A stretch of 64,000 nt of DNA, from NCBI GenBank assembly GCA_040437565.1, contig JBDOQK010000043.1, forward strand, positions 124,001-188,000, read 5' to 3'. The first letter of the stretch is position 1, and every line of letters begins with the position of its first letter. Below, piece by piece: positions 59,572-64,000 of the stretch. A model generated the notes under the pieces. The model worked only from the letters and a program-made list of their open reading frames with translations. It made no database searches and had not been told where the DNA came from. The stretch comes from Albugo candida (lineage: Eukaryota). The position numbers and the translations under genes are program-made.

Positions 59572-61755
59572 ATGGCTCCTGCCAAAAAGTTGGATGTCAT
59601 CAGCGACAATCGATTCAGTAAAGTTCACTATGATCCCGTAGGTACAAAATAATGTATGCATTCTTTACAGAAGTAGTCACCACCTCTTTCACTAGCGCTT
59701 CATCAAAACTTCTCGCAAACGCGAGAAAATTGCGATTGATGCTCGATTCAAAAGCATGCTGACCAGCGATGCATTTCAAAGCACACACGGTACTATACGT
59801 TTATTACAAAATAATTGACATACAAAGATGCATACGATCCATTACAGGCTCATGCGATAAGCACGGACGTTCAATTCAAGAGAATGAGAGTCAAACAAAC
59901 GATATGAAGAAGTTTTATCGAATTGATGATGAAGAACGCCTTGACTATCTCACTCAAATGGCCAGAGGCGAGATCGATAAAGATGAGGAAAGCTCTTCTT
60001 CCGAATCAGAACTGGAATCAGACGCGATGGATTTAGCCAACTACGAAGACGAGAAGCAAGTGGAAGACATTGCCATGGGCGAGATCACGAAGCGATTCGC
60101 TATCATGAATTGCGATTGGACTAGACTTCGGGCAGTCGATATATTTGCGCTTTGTCAGGTAGAAATCCGTGAAATCATCATTTAGACCAATCAGCTGACG
60201 CAAATAGTAGTCATTCGCACCTGCGACAGGATCCGTAAGTGATGTGACAATCTATCCGTCCGACTTTGGTGTCCAGAAAATGGTACAATCCCATGTATAT
60301 GGCATTCCAACTCAAAGTATAACATGTTTACTGTAGAAAGAAGAAGCGAGGTACGGTCCACGCGAATTAACCGGTGAAAGCAGTTCGAAGCAGTTAGAAT
60401 CAGAAAGTGAGAATGGAATCGTCGAATCAGAGCCTGAGAAAGAAATCGAAGAAGCCGAATCTGACAATGATGAGGCTGTCTCAGATTCTGAGACTGCATC
60501 CGATTCCGAATCCGACCAAGATGAAGATGATCCGTTGGGCGTGCAGCAATCGGCACAAAGCGAGGAATTGGGAGGAATCGATCAAGAGAAGCTCCGCCAA
60601 TATGAATTACAGAAACTACGTTACTACTACGCGATCGTAAAATGCGATTCAGTGAAAACTGCAAAAATAATCGCCGACCAATGCGATCAAATGGAGTACG
60701 AGACATCGTCAAATGTGCTGGATGTGCGATTCGTACCGAATGACATGGAATTCACCAACCCACCCAAGGAATCCTGTCAAAGCATACCGGATGCCTATAA
60801 GCCATCTCTCTTTGCCACAAAAGTTCTCCAGCAAACCGATGTGGAATCCACATGGGAACAAGACGATCCTGATCGAATTGAAAAGCTTACCAGTTGGTCG
60901 AATTGGAACGAATTGGAGGATAATGATTTCTCTACGTATTTAGCGTCCAGCAACTCAGAAGGTAGCGATGTTGAAGACTTTAAAAATGATATCAAGTCAA
61001 AAATTGCGAAAAAACAGTACCGTCAAATCTTACTCAATAGCGACACTGAGCAAAGTGATAAAGAATGCATGCGCAACGAAGTATCTGAAGACGAAAAAGA
61101 ACTTACTTTCCACCCAGATGCTTCTGACATATTGAAATCGAAACACGCACGCGAGCTTGAGTCTTCCACCACACCTTTCGAGAAACACGTTCGCGAAATG
61201 AAGCAGAAGAAGAATCAGAAGCGTCACGAAAAACGTGCAAAACATCAAGAATTGGCTCGTGAGCAACGTACAATCATGCGGTCATCCAAAACTACTGACA
61301 GTGAATCAAATGTCGCCTTACTGCGAAGCGCAGTGAATGAAGAAGTCACTGACGAGAATGCGGGGGACGATCGAGATTTTGATATGAAACGAATTGCAAA
61401 ACAACAGAAACTTGATCGGTTACATGGAAAAGCAAAGAAAAAAGCACTCGAAAGACTTAAGAAGCAGCCTCAGTGTGGTCTCCAGCGAGATTTTCAGTTC
61501 AATGCGGAGGATGAACGTTTTGCGGCCTTGTATCGTGAGGGTACAGCGTTTCAGTTAGACCCGACCGAGTCCAAGTTTAAACGAACTGCTGCGACGGAAA
61601 AGATTTTAGAAACTCGGCGTGAGCGTGTGAACAAACAAGGATCAACGGAAAGCGGTGCAGAGAAAGACGTGGTTGAAGATGTTCTTTCGTCTTTGAAAAG
61701 AAAAGCACAACACTCGGCGAAACATTGGGCTAAGAAGAATAAACGATCTGAATAG
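59572..61755 (+). CDS. ESF1: Pre-rRNA processing protein ESF1, multi-exon
   Basis: DNRFSKVHYDP|RF, IDARFKSM, TKRFAIMNCDW, IYPSDFG, EKLRQYELQKLRYYYA, NUC153-like DERFAALY...FQLDPT. Confidence 0.93.
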
Positions 61756-61794
61756 AATTGTAATTTTTGGTTTGTCTGGAGACTTTTCGAGTTT

Positions 61795-62847
61795 ATGGGA
61801 CTTTGTGGTTCACGTTCCAAGGTCCCGTTTGTACCAGAATGTACCGCATTGGATTTAGGACATGGTGACAGACTCCATGACGTGACTTCACCGCTAAACA
61901 CAATCGCGACAAATTCGACATTACAGATTACTGGGCCGTTATGTGTTGCTGGATGGGACGATGGGACGATACAAGTTGTAGATACAGAGAAGCAGTTAGC
62001 GATAGTTTCCTTCCAAGGACATGAAAAAAGTATCAATCGTGTCGTACTCGGTTGCAACAGTGTGTACACATGTTCCAGAGATCGTACCATTGCCATGCAT
62101 TCTATTTCAGTGCAGACGAAGGATACGGGGGATCTTGGCGGTGAGATACAACCTCTCGAGGTATTTTCTGGCCATTCTCTTAATGTGTCCGGTCTAAGTG
62201 TCGACACAATGGAAACAACAATGTGCTCCGGAAGCAGAGACACGGAAATCATACTTTGGGACATCTCAACTACAAAAATTATAGCTAGAAATAAAACGTC
62301 ACAAAACGTCGTCACTTGTTGTAAGTACGTTTCCACGGAGCCAGTTGTAGCTCAAACGAGTGAAGATCTTACTATCAGAGTATGGGATACACGGTGCGGA
62401 TTGAGAGCGCCGGTGCAAGTGTTGTACGGTTACGTTTACTTTGCGCTGGATCTTGATGTTTCAATGGATTCCTATTATTTCCTTACGTCTAGTAAAGGAT
62501 TCAATGGTTTTGGTGCGGAGGTACGTGTATGGGACCGTCGCAATGGAAAAGAGGTGGCAATGCTTTGTGGTCATCAACAAGATGCAACAGCATGCTGCTT
62601 TTTGCCCAATCTCAACCTTGAAAAAGTAGAATCTCAATATATCCCGATTTCCGCATCAAAAGATGGAACCGTTCGCATTTGGGACGCTAATAAGAAAGTA
62701 GCTGTCGGTACATTTCAAGAGCAAACGGGCGGAATGTTTACTAGTGTATGTGTCGCGAACGGTACGACAGTGTTGGCTAGTACGTTACAAGGACGGATAC
62801 GTTCGTATGATTTACCGTCCTCAATGAAGAGCCAAACTGAAATTTAG
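61795..62847 (+). CDS. WD40 protein, WDR31-like
   Basis: MGLCGS acylation-type N-terminus, WD repeats, NVVTCCKY...AQTSEDLTIRVWD, SKGFNGFGAEVRVWD. Confidence 0.8.
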   Translation: MGLCGSRSKVPFVPECTALDLGHGDRLHDVTSPLNTIATNSTLQITGPLCVAGWDDGTIQVVDTEKQLAIVSFQGHEKSINRVVLGCNSVYTCSRDRTIAMHSISVQTKDTGDLGGEIQPLEVFSGHSLNVSGLSVDTMETTMCSGSRDTEIILWDISTTKIIARNKTSQNVVTCCKYVSTEPVVAQTSEDLTIRVWDTRCGLRAPVQVLYGYVYFALDLDVSMDSYYFLTSSKGFNGFGAEVRVWDRRNGKEVAMLCGHQQDATACCFLPNLNLEKVESQYIPISASKDGTVRIWDANKKVAVGTFQEQTGGMFTSVCVANGTTVLASTLQGRIRSYDLPSSMKSQTEI

Positions 62848-63588
62848 ATTTTAAGGTTTTTAGTGTTCGTTCTGAAGATACGTGGCGCGATTTGAGGTTA
62901 TATTTATTTTCACAAAGTATTTGCAATTTTGTTCCCGCTTACTCGTGAACAGCTTGAGAAATTTCGAGATGGTAATTTATCAATATGGCGTCATCATTTA
63001 TTTTGATTACGTGCGTTTTCTTAGGCAACCGGTCCACTTTCCAACAAAAAGCCCGCACCTTCCGCCGCTGAAGCTGGTTCTGCAGCAAGCNNNNNNNNNN
63101 NNNNNNNNNNNNNNNNNNNNNNNNNNNNNNNNNNNNNNNNNNNNNNNNNNNNNNNNNNNNNNNNNNNNNNNNNNNNNNNNNNNNNNNNNNTCATCAACAA
63201 GATGCAACAGCATGCTGCTTTTTGCCCAATCTCAACCTTGAAAAAGTAGAATCTCAATATATCCCGATTTCCGCATCAAAAGATGGAACCGTTCGCATTT
63301 GGGACGCTAATAAGAAAGTAGCTGTCGGTACATTTCAAGAGCAAACGGGCGGAATGTTTACTAGTGTATGTGTCGCGAACGGTACGACAGTGTTGGCTAG
63401 TACGTTACAAGGACGGATACGTTCGTATGATTTACCGTCCTCAATGAAGAGCCAAACTGAAATTTAGATTTTAAGGTTTTTAGTGTTCGTTCTGAAGATA
63501 CGTGGCGCGATTTGAGGTTATATTTATTTTCACAAAGTATTTGCAATTTTGTTCCCGCTTACTCGTGAACAGCTTGAGAAATTTCGAG

Positions 63589-63973
63589 ATGGTAATTTAT
63601 CAATATGGCGTCATCATTTATTTTGATTACGTGCGTTTTCTTAGGCAACCGGTCCACTTTCCAACAAAAAGCCCGCACCTTCCGCCGCTGAAGCTGGTTC
63701 TGCAGCAAGCGGCTTACGAAAGTAAGCTGAAGTAGTACGATACTCTGACATAATTTATTTATCATTTTCCGTTACAGACGACCTCAAGCGTCCGCAAAGA
63801 ATGCCAATGCAAATACTGGACGAGGTATGGGTGGGAGTAGTGCAGGTATCTTACGGTTCTACACGGACGACTCACCAGGACTTAAAATTGGACCAACAAC
63901 GGTTCTAGTGCTTTGTTTGGTATTTGTGGGGCTCGTGGTTCTTCTCCACGTCTGGGGAAAGTTTAGGGGTTAA
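63589..63973 (+). CDS. SEC61B: Sec61 translocon beta subunit, 3 exons (missing from the ORF track)
   Basis: ATG exon 63589-63591, exon 63645-63721, exon 63778-63973: ...AGILRFYTDDSPGLKIGPTTVLVLCLVFVGLVVLLHVWGKFRG. Confidence 0.93.
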
Positions 63974-64000
63974 AGCAATAGAAAATAATCATGTGCACAC

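Noticed and set aside
61551-62336. 261-aa minus-strand ORF
   Set aside because: It lies antisense to ESF1 and the WD40 gene and has no recognisable motifs.
63191-63467. Second WD40 gene (and an extra Sec61beta start at ~62970-63090)
   Set aside because: It is an exact repeat of 62572-63090 across an N gap.

Overview
Eukaryotic, intron-containing DNA from an oomycete, most consistent with Albugo (inferred from compact genes, ~40-60 nt GT-AG introns and stramenopile-type housekeeping proteins). It shows a clear two-speed layout. Two gene-dense housekeeping islands (~12.2-32.1 kb and ~57.7-64 kb) encode an ARF-family GTPase, apyrase, KIX-F-box-LRR protein, HIG1, syntaxin 5, LAMTOR3, mS23, RACK1, Ub-L40, a twin-CX9C protein, Got1, RibA, ADK-PH, IMPase, DHHC, RP2, EMC7, ESF1, a WDR31-like protein and Sec61beta. 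Two gene-sparse regions (0-12 kb, 32-57 kb) hold seven members of one secreted Cys-rich candidate-effector family (4 intact, 2 frameshifted, 1 divergent), amplified as multi-kb cassettes. The most unusual signal is a nested retroposon cluster at 43.16-44.52 kb: tRNA-derived SINEs and L1/Tx1-type LINEs repeatedly inserted antisense at the same position of the Pol III A-box of another SINE. Ten 100-N scaffold gaps are present; eight have artefactual flanking duplications.
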